64,000 bases of DNA from the NCBI RefSeq assembly GCF_018350175.1, contig NC_058368.1, positions 140,618,001 through 140,682,000 of the forward strand. The letters are read 5' to 3'. A program made the position numbers and the translations under genes. The DNA comes from Felis catus. Taxonomy: Eukaryota. The notes beneath the pieces were generated by a model, which made no database searches, was not told where the DNA came from, and saw only the letters and a program-made list of their open reading frames with translations. Below, piece by piece: positions 11,204 through 22,749 of the stretch. The first letter of the stretch is position 1; each line of letters opens with the position of its first letter.

Positions 11204-11957
11204 CTGCAACTGAGAAGAAGTATTAATATGAATTATTGCTGAGCCCATGCCTGTGATTCAGGACGCAATGAAACTAAAAGTTTTATCTACATAGTTTCTG
11301 TAGTTGTAGAATTTAGGATCATTTTTATTTTTACAAATCCCTATAAATCTGGTAATTAGCAGGAATGCATTTAGTATATATCATATGCCCCAGCACTGTG
11401 CTAGCCCATGCAGGAGCAAAAGCTAGATGGCAACTCTTTGCAGGCAGGAAGTTTATAATACCGTTGGCAAGAGCAATAATAGCACATCAAACCATTATAG
11501 ACCAATATCATATTGGCTGTAAATTGTATAGACATTCAGACAGTGGTTAACAGATTTAAATGTTTGAGCAGAATGTCAAGGAAGAGGTAAAGATGAGCAA
11601 GGTTCATAGATGAAATTTAATAGATGAATAAGATATATGGGCTGGCATGGGATCTGGGAATGTCAGATAAGTTAATTCAACAAATGTTTATTGCATGTTA
11701 TATGCCAGTGGTACAGTGTTAGACTCTGTCCCTGTCTTCAAACTGTCAGACCAGTGGAAAAGGTGCACAAAAACTCATTGTCTTGCACTAATAAGGTGTG
11801 TGAAAGAAGATGACAGGGTAGGTTATAGATGAAAAGGTAGGATACAGCCAAATCTGTGAAAGACCTCTAACTAGATGAAAACTTGAAACAAATCGTTTCT
11901 GTTCTCAGATGCTGGGCTTAGGCACATACAAAATTGTGAACAGAGGCATGGCCATTT

Positions 11958-12417
11958 TAGTAGACAGCATGATGGCCCCACAAGATTCCACCTGCTAATG
12001 CCTGGACCCTTTGAATATGTTATTTTATGTGCAAAAGGGACTTTGCAGATGTGATTCAGGATCTTCAGATGGCATGAGTATCCTGGATTGGCTAGGTGCG
12101 TCAGATGTAATCATAAGACTCCTTATAAAAGGGAGGCAAGGGAGTCAATATCAGATATTTTTAAATGCTGGGCCGTGCTGGCATTGAGGATGAAAAGAGG
12201 AGCCATAAACCAAGGAATGCAAGCAGCTTCTAGAAGCTAAAAAAAAAAAAAAAAAAAAAAGACAAGAAAATAACTTATGCCCCAGAGCCTCCAGAATGAA
12301 CACAGCCCTGCTGACATCTTGACCTCAGAACTTGTGACCTCCAGGAGTATGATCTGTATTGTTTTAAGCCACTACAATTGTGGTAATTTGTTGCAGCACC
12401 AATAGCATACTAATATA
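11958..12417 (+). mobile_element. MaLR LTR (MLT1-type) in F2RL2 intron
   Basis: gaatatgttattttatgtgcaaaagggactttgcagatgtgatt...ccaaggaatgcaagcagcttctagaagct...tgtggtaatttgttgcagcaccaatagcatactaata. Confidence 0.85.
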
Positions 12418-12739
12418 ACTGTGATCTGGTTTATATTTAAGATGACTCGGGTGACAGTGTAGAGACTGAAAAGGGAAGAAATTAGGGGCAAGGGGGACTG
12501 ATCTGGAGCCTACGAAAGTAACAAACTAGAGCAATGCCAGCAGAAAGGCGAAGTGAACCGTGGAAACTGATGGCAGCTTAGAGGGACTTGGCATCCAGTT
12601 GGCTTTGGTGGCAATGAGGGAGAGACAGGAGGCAAAAATGACTAGGAGGCGTCTACTCCAGATGATTTTGGGGAAGAAGATGGGACAAATGACAAGCATA
12701 GAGGAGACAAAGGAAGAAAAATGAAAAGAGGGGAATAGA

Positions 12740-12882
12740 GAGTATAGTCCATAATGTAATAACATTGTTTGGTAACAAGTGGTAATTACATTTACGAGAT
12801 AATGTATAGAATTGTCCAATCACTATGTTGTGCACTTGAAGCCAATGTAACATTGTATGGCAACTCTATTTCCATTTAAAAA
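12740..12882 (+). mobile_element. L1 3' terminal fragment
   Basis: tatagtccataatgtaataac...aatcactatgttgtgcacttgaagccaatgtaacattgtatggcaact...ttaaaaa. Confidence 0.7.
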
Positions 12883-13939
12883 ACTAAGGAAAAATTCAGA
12901 AATGGAACAAAAAGGAATAGAGATGCAACAACTACATACTATAAATTATACTATATGTTGGGTGTTCGTTGGCATGCTAATTTTAATCCTCCTAATTCAT
13001 GCAAGAGCAATTTCAAAAACACAGTAGACCTTACTACTCAAACCTGTTTCTCATTATATAATTTTTCCGTAAATCTTTGACACGTACGTGAAGTGGATTC
13101 TCTCACATTTCTAAGATGGACTTTAATGCCTAATATAAACCTCATACTTACCAATTTAAAATGCCATTGTTCTGCCAGTTACGTCTTTTCACATGACTTC
13201 TGAATTCCTACGTGTTGAGCACTTGGGGTTAGTGTTTAGTAACCTGGTTCTCATTCAAAGCCAGTTTCTCTTCCTGCTTTAATCTCTAGCAGTTCGCCCC
13301 CAGGTGAAATTGACGCCTTCCTCATAACCTTGAGATTGCACAAACTGAATTCAGTGTATAAAACAGAGTATTGCCTGAACAAGTAGGGACAGGGAGGTGG
13401 TGTTAAGGTGTCGTTTAAAGGAAGATAGATTAACGAAAAAGAAAGAAATATCTGGGAAGTGTTCTTCTCTGCCTGTGTTTAGATGTGAACTTTGAGGATC
13501 GGTTGGGTGAGCCTTGGATTCAGCCACACAAATCCTTCTCTTCATTCTCGCATTTTGAAAAATGCTTAAATTTGATGTCACCCAAAGAGAAATGCCTTGA
13601 GGATTAGGCCCAAAGCTGGGAAATGGTGGCTGAAGAACATGCTGTGCAAGTTATTTCCTTTCAAGATCTGATAAGAGAGTTGTTGAAATGAAGTGTTTGT
13701 CAGTTTTCAGAAAATTCCTGTGATTGAGCAAGACATGGTGCCTAAAAATATGGTAAACAGTGGCTGTGAAAAAGCCTTGATTCCTTTTTCCATGAGAATT
13801 CCAGATCTGGCTTGACTTGAGTAAGTCTTTTAATGCCTAGAGTCTGGTGTGCTTTCAAATAGTACTCATTGTTAAATTTGACATATTTTTCAATTTGTTT
13901 GGATTCTTAATACAGGCTTCCGTTTGGCATAATGTTTCT

Positions 13940-14169
13940 TTTTTTTTTTTTTTTAATTTTTTTTTTCAACGTTTATTTATTTTTGGGACAGAGAGAGACA
14001 GAGCATGAACGGGGGAGGGGCAGAGAGAGAGGGAGACACAGAATCGGAAACAGGCTCCAGGCTCCGAGCCATCCGCCCAGAGCCCGACGCGGGGCTCGAA
14101 CTCACGGACCGCGAGATCGTGACCTGGCTGAAGTCGGACGCTTAACCGACTGCGCCACCCAGGTGCCCC
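13940..14169 (-). mobile_element. Young felid SINEC_Fc with perfect 15-bp TSD
   Basis: TSD tggcataatgtttct at 13925-13939 and 14170-14184; CpG-rich body. Confidence 0.95.
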
Positions 14170-15269
14170 TGGCATAATGTTTCTAAAATGTTTTTACTCT
14201 GGGCAAAGGCCTTGGAAAGGGACTGGTCCAAGGGGACCAGACTTCAGCCTCTAGACGATGGGGTTTTTTTTACTCACTTCTCCCCCACCCCATGGAAGAA
14301 AGCAAATGCCTTGCTTCTTACTTTGTCGCCTTTAAATGCCCCCTGTTCACTTGCACCAAACTCCACCAGCATCTTGAAGGAGCCCCCTTCTGCTGCATTT
14401 GGGTTCACCCCTACCCAGAACGCTCACTCCTCGTGAATCCCACAACCGCTGCTGCTCTGAATGCTTAGCACTCTCCCACAACCACCTTGCCGATTTCAAC
14501 TGCCTGTTGAAGCAACATTCCTCTATAGAGGTTTAGTTTTGTTAAATTTTTATTTTTTCTGTCTCATCGTTGTCCCTCACCCCAGCTTTCCTGCTCCAAA
14601 CAATGTTGGCTGGAGAGTGACCTAACAGCAGAAGAGTTGTGGATACAGATAGCGCAAATTGGTTTATTTTGGAGTCAGCAGGAGGTGACAGGCTAACATT
14701 GGGTTGAGTGAAATAAGAAACACATTAAGAGTTGAATAATAGTATTTGGGAGATCTCACTTCTAAAAACTAAAAGATCATGTGAATGTAAGGAGAACTCC
14801 CTGGTAAAGTCATTAAGAAACAGTAACCTGTTAGCATTACTTACTGGAGGACCACTCATTCTTTCTGGTACCGTTCTTGTTTTCCCTACTTGTGGCCCAA
14901 GACAAGGTATAAACATAGGAATTTTGAAAATCTCTTGAAAAAGTGCTCTCTTGCCGAATCAGAGGAAATTCTTAGAAGATCAGAATCTTGTCACAATGAA
15001 GTTCGATTCGTGACTTCATTGTAGGAGTTAAAATCTTGACTGTGCCACAGGTTTTTAAATCTAAGCAGAGAACACTGGTCTTCGACAAGGTCTGAACAGA
15101 GCAAACAAACGACAGTTATTCCCTTCCAGGATGCTGCCTTTCCATAACAAACCTCAAACTCTGCCTTTCAGGTTGCAGATTGTGTCAAGTGCGAAGAAAA
15201 TTAGATTCCGTTTGCCCTTGTAACACAAACCACCACCCCCCGACCTACCCCCGTATGAAAAGAGCTTAC

Positions 15270-15333
15270 CGCTTTGACAAAAAGTGGGCGACAGAAGCAT
15301 GACTCCAGCAGCTACAAAGATGAGGGCTTTCAT
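15270..15333 (-). CDS. F2RL2: F2RL2 / PAR3 exon 1 coding part (signal peptide)
   Basis: ATG at 15333; MKALIFVAAGVMLLSPTFCQS-G|gtaagc; 64 nt, phase 1 matches exon 2. Confidence 0.96.
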
Positions 15334-15479
15334 CTTGGTGACCTGAGTCCCGTTTCTCAAATGTTGTTAAATGTGCAAAATTAGGGAGCACAGCTCCTAA
15401 TGGAACAGCAAATGGAACCCTTGTTCTCGCCGTAGAGCGTGCTGTCTGTCTCATGCTCCGCAGACTGGGAAGCTTGCCC

Positions 15480-15900
15480 AGGTCCTCTGGAGGGGAAGGG
15501 TGTGACAGTGCTCATGTTGCAGGCTGCGTGACTCAGGCTGAGTCTCTGAACACATTACTTTATTCCTGGAGCAAATCATTTAACTCTTACCCACCCCTAA
15601 CAGTTCCTTCTGCATAGATGCTCTAATTCCCCTCCCGTATACTTTGACATGTTGAAAAAATGCAGGTAGTACACAGGGAGTGCTTACAGAAGTAAGCTGA
15701 ACATAGAGGCCGAGCAGCAGCTAGTTTTGACTGTCCTGTATCTCATTTTTATCCATTTAAAAAGCACCGTGCCAGAGTGTGATGTCTAGTGAATAACTGA
15801 GCTGTCAGAAATTAGCCTTTCCTTCATCCTCTCTGTTATTCAAACCTTAATTCTTAAACCCATTACATAATTATAAATGAAATGAGTCACAGAGAACAAA
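15480..15900 (-). promoter_or_regulatory. Putative F2RL2 proximal promoter
   Basis: Non-repetitive sequence just upstream of exon 1, with AP-1 sites TGACTCA (15529-15535) and TGAGTCA (15883-15889). The TSS is not determinable. Confidence 0.45.
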
Positions 15901-17704
15901 CTTTTTTTAGGAAGCTAAATTAAGACCTTGGTTACTTTGAAAATTCTCCATCAGTGTCACATTGTTCTGAATTTGCCATCACTGTTTGGCCATACTTGGT
16001 TTTAGGGTGTTTTTTTGTTTTTGTTTTGCCATAACTCAACATATTCCGAGCTGTTCGTTAACTACAGACTCAGGTAACAGTGGGGTGTGGAGGGGTGTTA
16101 AATAATAAACTAAAATCGTGATACAACATTAAAATGCAGAGGACTCTGTTTATTCCATGGTTATTGGTGAGCAGGTCTACAATAAACATTTTTTTAAAAA
16201 TGTGAAATGTCCATAACATAAAATTTACCATCTTAATCATTAAGTAGTGTCCAACTCAGTAGTGTTTAGGACAGCCACACCGTTGTGCAACGTATAAGCT
16301 TTTATGGATAATTATATCCCGGAGGATATGGTTTAATATGTAGTATAAATGAAACTGCATTGTGACAGATTTTTCTGTACTTAACACACCTTAAGGTTAA
16401 ACCCTAAGCCAAACAGTCCCAACAGCATGTTGCATATAAAATGCAGCAAGAATCAGAAAATGCAGATTTGGTGTGAGACTTACAGGCTGAGGGATAAGCC
16501 AGGAAGGAATTGATCTGTGTAAACTTTTCACATCATGATTAAATTTCATCACACCAAGAGTTTTACAATCAAAAATTAATAGTACTTCAGCTACATAATA
16601 TATGTTAACAGAAGCTGAAATTGAAAGCTATTTTATTGCAGAAATAGCCAAAATGCCATAAAATATTGAAAAGGGTACTTTCTGTTGAATTAAAATATTC
16701 TAGGACTCATCTGAATTCAGGAATTTATCACTTGATTTGCAGATGGCCTGCTTTCTCTTTACTTGATTCATTTGTCACTCAGATGTTGAACCTGGCTATG
16801 TAGCTTGAGGTAGAGCCCTGACCATCCTATAAATAAATTTCCAGTCTTGTAGCAAGCAATTTAAAAGGAGATCTTAAACCGCTAGGGCTTGGTTTTCACT
16901 CTTGGTTTTACATTTAACTCTAGCATCCTTTGGTGTAATGAGTCATGATTTAAACTGTTGACTTAAAGCCATTTGGTTTGTAAACTTTTTCTTTTCCTTA
17001 TGAAACAAATACTTTAAGCTTTTAAGTGGGATTTAACTTCCTTTTCATCTGGGTCAAAGTTTGTATGGTGCATCTTCTACAATGATAAGTTACGAAAGAA
17101 TTTGGTAAATACTCTTCAAAAAAACTGAAAGAGACATAAATGAACTTGTATGGAACTTAGTCTTTAGGCTAGTCCTGGGAGGAGTGTTTGGGTTCTCTTT
17201 GGCCTTGGGAACAAATAGTTCCTACTCCCCTGTCTCTTCATTCTTCCTGTAGTCTTCAACTTCCTATCATGCTTCTTGTTTGATTCCTTCACATCCATTC
17301 TTTCAAGAAATGGAGATCTTGCCACAAGTAACCATACCCATGTGGCAGATCTGCCTAGAGATGATTGTGGAAGCAGGAGCCAAGCCTTCCATGATGGTCT
17401 CCATTAGCCCAGATATTACAAGATGAAGTGATAGATTCTTTGTCTTACTTTCAGAGTGCTTCCCACATACATTATCTCAAGTTAGTCTAAGAGGGAAATA
17501 ACTTTGAAGCCTTGCAGAGGAGCAGGTAGATGTCATTTCTCCTTCCTGCCAACTCTCCATCCATCATGAGTCCTGAATGATGGAGCAAGTTCTCCATGGT
17601 TCTGATGAGCTACTTGCTGTTCATCACAGGCTTGCCTTAGGATTTAGTATGTGACACTTATTACTACACATGGGCAAGTGTCCCCATTGTTGAAAATTGA
17701 ATGC

Positions 17705-17885
17705 CTCAGAGTGCCTGGGCTCAGGTCATGATCTCAAGATTTGTGGGATTGAGCCCTGTGTCAGGCTCTGTGCTGACAGTGCGGAACCTGCTTGGGATCA
17801 CCCCTCTCCCTCCCTCTCTCTGCCTCTGTTTATGCCCCTGCATGTGCTTTCTCTCTCTCAAAATAAATAAACTTTCAAAAAAAAA
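17705..17885 (+). mobile_element. CanSINE, internally deleted
   Basis: gctcaggtcatgatctc...(CT)n-aaaataaataaa; aaaattgaat on both flanks. Confidence 0.8.
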
Positions 17886-18084
17886 TTGAATTGAATAAAA
17901 TAAATTGAATGTCTCATCTTCCCTGAAAAATATTTAATTTCTCCTGATAACATTTACTTGTAATCTTTGGCAAGTTTATGTAATCTTGGGCAGTTGGTTT
18001 CTGGAAATCCCATTGAATTACTATATAGTAGCACCATATTTGTAATATGGTAGTCAGAATCAACCCAGAAGTAAAAAAAAAAAT

Positions 18085-18292
18085 GGGGTCACCTGGGTGG
18101 CTCAGTCGGTGGAGCATCCAACTTTTAATTTCAATTCAGGTCATGATCCCGAGGACATGGAATCTAGCCCCATGTCACTCTCCATACTGAATGTGGAGCC
18201 TGCTTAAGATTCTCTCTCCCGCTCTGCCCCTCTCCCTCACTCATGTGCATGCTCTGTCTCTCTTTAAAATACAACCAAAAATAAAATAAAAT
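18085..18292 (+). mobile_element. CanSINE
   Basis: ggggtcacctgggtggctcagtcgg...; aagtaaaaaaaaaaatgg on both flanks. Confidence 0.85.
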
Positions 18293-18634
18293 CACTTTAA
18301 AAGTAAAAAAAAAAATGGTAGATAATTTAGTGCCTTTTTATTGCTGTTATCACTTCCATTCTGAAGCTGTCCTTAGCTCCAAGTATTTCTTCCCCCTGTA
18401 ACTAACCCCACTATAATCATTTCTTGACTGTTTCTAGATCACGTGTCTATAGCCATTGTCGCTCTGATCACATTGTATTATAATTATTTTTTTATGTAAA
18501 TCTATCTTTTCTACTAAGTTGTTAGCTCCTTGAGGGCAGCCACCATGTTTTTGTATGGGTCTTTTGTTTTTGTCTCTGTGTCTGATAAATGCCAAGTATC
18601 ATTGTCTTTCCTTCAAATTTAAAGTTTCCTGTGA

Positions 18635-18855
18635 GGGGCGCCTGGGTGGCGCAGTCGGTTGAGCGTCCAACTTCAGCCAGGTCACGATCTCGCGGTCCGT
18701 GAGTTCGAGCCCCGCGTCGGGCTCTGGGCTGATGGCTCAGAGCCTGGAGCCTGTTTCCGATTCTGTGTCTCCCTCTCTCTCTCTCTGCCCCTCCCCTGTT
18801 CATGCTCTGTCTCTCTCTGTCCCAAAAATAAATAAACGTTGAAAAAAAAAATAAT
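18635..18855 (+). mobile_element. Young SINEC_Fc with 13-bp TSD
   Basis: TSD aaagtttcctgtg at 18621-18633 and 18856-18868; ttt/aaa endonuclease site. Confidence 0.95.
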
Positions 18856-19429
18856 AAAGTTTCCTGTGGTACTCTGGGCCACCTTGGGAACACAGTGATT
18901 AAGGGAGAGCGTATTCAGAGGCAGCTTTTCTGGAGGAGGTGACATTTGAATTAAGCCCTGAACGGTAAGAAAGAATCCACAGCCACACAGCTGGAGGAGA
19001 ACATTAGGGTCTGAAGGAGGCTGGTGTGCAGGTCTGAGACAGGGAGTAGAGGAGTGTGAAGGGCAGCCAGGGGAGTCAGCAGGCCTGCATCATTAGATCC
19101 CCACGGTCCCTGGGAAGGGGAGTTACATTTTCCCCTAACTGCAGAGGAAATCTGTGGAGGAGTTCCAGCACAGGGATCATCCGGTTCTTTATAAAGGACC
19201 ACCGTGGGAGAGGGCAGTCTTGGAAGCAACACAAACCAATAGACGAATGCACCTAAGTGGGAGATGGGGGTTGGAATTGGGCGTTAATAGTCTATACAGT
19301 GTATGACAGTGCTTGGTAGTTGGTAAGAGTCTGTGGGAACTGTAATAAATGGGCTCCTGAAAAGCAGTTATAAATTCTGTTTCATCATCATTCACTGTTC
19401 TTTCTTTTATTCTATGACCCTATTCCCAG

Positions 19430-19520
19430 GACTCTGAGATTGTTTCCAAAGTCCTTTGGCTGGATGAGATACAGCATGCGGTCGATGAGGCCAACATGGA
19501 CAAGGACAAAGCAAAACAAT
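19430..19520 (+). CDS. IQGAP2: IQGAP2 exon B
   Basis: cccag|GAC...CAA T|gtaagt; 91 nt; DSEIVSKVLWLDEIQHAVDEANMDKDKAKQ. Confidence 0.95.
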
Positions 19521-19798
19521 GTAAGTCCTCACCTCCTTTTGCTGGCTCAATGAACCTTGCTGGTTATGCCACTGATTTTTTATTTTTACAACTGTATAGC
19601 TTTAGTTTCTGAAAAGATTTGGACTCTTAGCCATTTTAGTTGTTGAATATATATACAAAAAGATCTATTGATGGTGGCACTATTTTCAGTGATTCGGTGC
19701 TATCTCTAGCAAAATCTAAGGATTCTGGTACAAAATCCAGAAAGCAAAAAAAATGGTTACTGAACTCTCAAATTTCTAGTTTAATCAAGCCCTTTTTT

Positions 19799-20221
19799 AC
19801 CTTTTTTTAAAATGTTTATTTATTTTTTTAATTTACATCCAAGTCAGCATATAGTGCAACAATGATTTCAGCAGTAGATTCCTTAGTGCCCCTTACCCAT
19901 TTAGCCCATCCCCCCTCCCACAACCCCTCCAGCAACTCTCAGTTTGTTCTCCATATTTATGAGTCTCTTCTGTTTTGTCCCCCTCCCTGTTGTTATATTA
20001 TTTTTGTTTCCCTTCCCTTATGTTCATCTGTTTTGTCTCTTGAAGTCCTCCTATGAGTGAAGTCATATATTTGTCTTTCTGTGACTAATTTTGCTTAGCA
20101 CAATACCCTCCAGTTCCATCCACGTAGTTGCAAATTTTCATTCTTTTTGAATGCCGAGTAATACTCTATCGTACATATATACCACATCTTCTTTATCCAT
20201 TCATCTATCGATGGGTATTTG
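19799..20221 (-). mobile_element. 5'-truncated carnivore L1 (3' end) with TSD
   Basis: TSD aagccctttttt at ~19787-19798 and ~20222-20233; L1 3' UTR and ORF2 C-terminal text. Confidence 0.9.
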
Positions 20222-20303
20222 AAGCCCTTTTTTTATCTTGACCCACTAAGAAACTTGCCCAATCTGCTTAATAAATACCTATGCTCCCTTCTATGCCTTG
20301 CAT

Positions 20304-20560
20304 TGTATTAGTCCAGATTTGCCAGAGAAACAGAACCAAATATGTACTTTTCTCTGGAGAACTAAATGTGTGGTCATATATCTGTGTGTGTGCGTGCATG
20401 TGTACAAGTGCATGTGCATGCAGATAAATAGTTGTTTCTCTGGAAAGTATGTAGTATCTGTATACACACACATACATAGAGAAAGAGACGGGGAGATTTA
20501 CTCTAAGGAACTGGCTCATGTACTTGCAAAAAGGCTGACAGTCCAAAATCTCTGGGCAGG
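20304..20560 (-). mobile_element. MLT2 (ERVL) LTR, 3' part
   Basis: tgtattagtcc...ccagagaaacagaacca...gagatttactctaaggaactggctcatg is the reverse complement of an MLT2 LTR end. Confidence 0.75.
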
Positions 20561-20564
20561 CCAC

Positions 20565-21235
20565 AGAGGCCAGGTGGCAGCACTTAACCACCAAAGGTGA
20601 GTGGGTGTGGTTACTGTCATGGGGAGCAGAGTCAAAGCAGTAATCAGAATGATCTGACAGACCTGTGGGATTGGCTAATTGACTGTGGTGTCCCTAAATA
20701 TGATTTAAACAGTTTACTAAATTCATTCTTGATTTGTACAAGTGGAAGAAGAATTCTAGGTCAAATGCGGAAGTATAATTTGAGTAATGAGAGCAAAAAT
20801 CATGACCCCTAAGTCAATTCCCATACTTAAGCCATTTACAAACCAAGAACCCCTTAAGTGAAGAGGAGACTGGGTCCACTTGAGAACAGAGTGCTACAGT
20901 CAAAAGTTTATACTGTTCATCTTTATTCCAGGCTTCCCCTAAAGAGAGCTGCAATTTTTTACCATGGTGGCTGTGCTGAGGGGAAAGGACGCAATCAGAC
21001 GTTCCAGGGGTTACAGCACACTGGCTCTGAAACTGACACTAATTGCAGGAAACCCCAAATGTCACTGTGGTCCACCAACCAGAGTAAGGGCTCATGGAGC
21101 TCAGGTGATCAGTGGAGTCTTAGCTCAGGTCTTTCTCCCAGCGAGTCCTCAAACCGACGTGCAATTATTCCCCCAGGTCTAGGGTGCATAATTGAGATAG
21201 ACGTACTCGGCAACTAGCAGAATCCCCTCATTGGC
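20565..21235 (+). mobile_element. ERVL internal remnant (gag C-terminus plus protease), frameshifted
   Basis: Fragments GQVAALNHQR, QSQSSNQNDLTDLWDWLIDCGVP, GKGRNQTFQGLQHTGSE (decayed LLDTGS), LTLIAGNPKCHCGPP, GQVISGVLAQV, CIIEIDVL. Confidence 0.85.
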
Positions 21236-22350
21236 TCAAACGATTTAATTTTAGTTTTATTCTAAGACTCATAGACGAATAGTAGGAAAATTCACATGGA
21301 AATCTAAAGTAGCTTCAAGATTGATATACTAACACTCTACATAGACAAATAATCTACCGAAAGTAAGACTTCTGAAAGTGATGTTCCTTTAACCTATTTG
21401 CGGCATAACTAGGACGTATCCTATTGTATCAGGTCATAGAATGCTGTCGAGACACCTTAGTCTTCTTGCCCCCAAAGATTGGCTTTTCAACTTTGGAAGC
21501 ATCTGTGGGGAACATCTGGTTTTTATTTCCTTAGCCCGGAAAGCTATGTGCATTTCTCCAACCTGAACTTATACCCTCAGGATCTTTGAAGTCTTTCCAT
21601 TCTAGCACTCTAATCCTTAAGAAAAAATAAAATAAATTTGAGACGGGTTCGTAAGAGATTTAGATTTAAACGTAAAACTGAAGGAAGCCGTAGTTTGAAG
21701 AAACACTTTTAAAGAAATTAGATTGCAACATTGGCACTCAGCCTGAAAGGGTTACAGTTTTGCTCTTAGACGTCAAACCAATTTAGAAATCATTTTATTC
21801 ATGTTCTTCCTACATTTGGCCTGCAGATGAGAAGCTGTTCCTTGTTTTACATTGAGATTCATTGTTGTCTTGACTGTGTAAGAGGCTTTCTCAAATATGT
21901 GACTGTGTACTCCAGATGGACACATTGAAAATCCTGTCTTCTGCCTCTGTCCTGTGTCTCAGAAGAGTTGATATAGTTTCTTCTATGATACATAACACCA
22001 AAAAGATGTTCTGAAGTAAAATCATCTATATTTTAACAATGAGATGAGAATTTTCCAGTTTTTCAAAAAAAGAGTTGAATCTTCCCTTTAAAAGCATCCA
22101 TCCTTTGTATGATAAGACTTGAAACAGATTCTGGTTTCGTGTTGTAAGCATCTAACCCACTCCCAGATAATTTGGTACAAGAAAGTGCTGCCCTATAGGT
22201 TTTACCACAGGCAAGACTGAAAGGACACCGTAACTCAAGTCTCCTTCATTTGGGTTTCTTGCTTTCTTAAAGTAGGTTTGTCTCTACTTTTGACTCCATA
22301 GAGCAAAATTCCCCAGCTTTCTTCCATTATTGTACCCTAAGGAATCTTTT

Positions 22351-22568
22351 TTTTTTTTATTTTTTTAACGTTTATTTATTTTTGAGACAAGAGAGAGACA
22401 GAGCATGAACGGGGGAGGGTCAGAGAGAGGGAGACACAGAATCTGAAACAGGCTCCAGGCTCAGAGCCGTCAGCACAGAGCCCGACGTGGGGTTCGAACT
22501 CACGGACCGCGAAATCATGACCTGAGTCGAAGTCGGACGCTCAACCGACTGAGCCACCCAGGCGCCCC
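22351..22568 (-). mobile_element. Felid CanSINE with TSD
   Basis: TSD taaggaatctttt at 22338-22350 and 22569-22581. Confidence 0.95.
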
Positions 22569-22749
22569 TAAGGAATCTTTTTAGATAGATTTTCCCTAAT
22601 TATTTTTCACCATGGAATTTTAATACCACAGATATATTGAATCTGTTTTTGTACCATATGTAGATCTGTGCTGGTACATTAAAAGATTTCTCACCCTCTC
22701 CCCCACAAGAGCCATTTTTTGCCCCACTGGAGGTTATTTCACCTCTTTT

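Noticed and set aside
12239..12260. A22 tract as a possible retrocopy tail
   Set aside because: It lies inside the MLT1 LTR with no TSD or upstream mRNA-like sequence; simple A-run expansion.
15334..15360. N-terminal extension MRNGTQVTK of F2RL2 in the ORF track
   Set aside because: It starts at a TTG codon; the ATG at 15333 matches the known PAR3 N-terminus.
20858..21217. Possible domesticated ERVL protease
   Set aside because: The catalytic Asp is lost (HTG) and homology is split over several frames.
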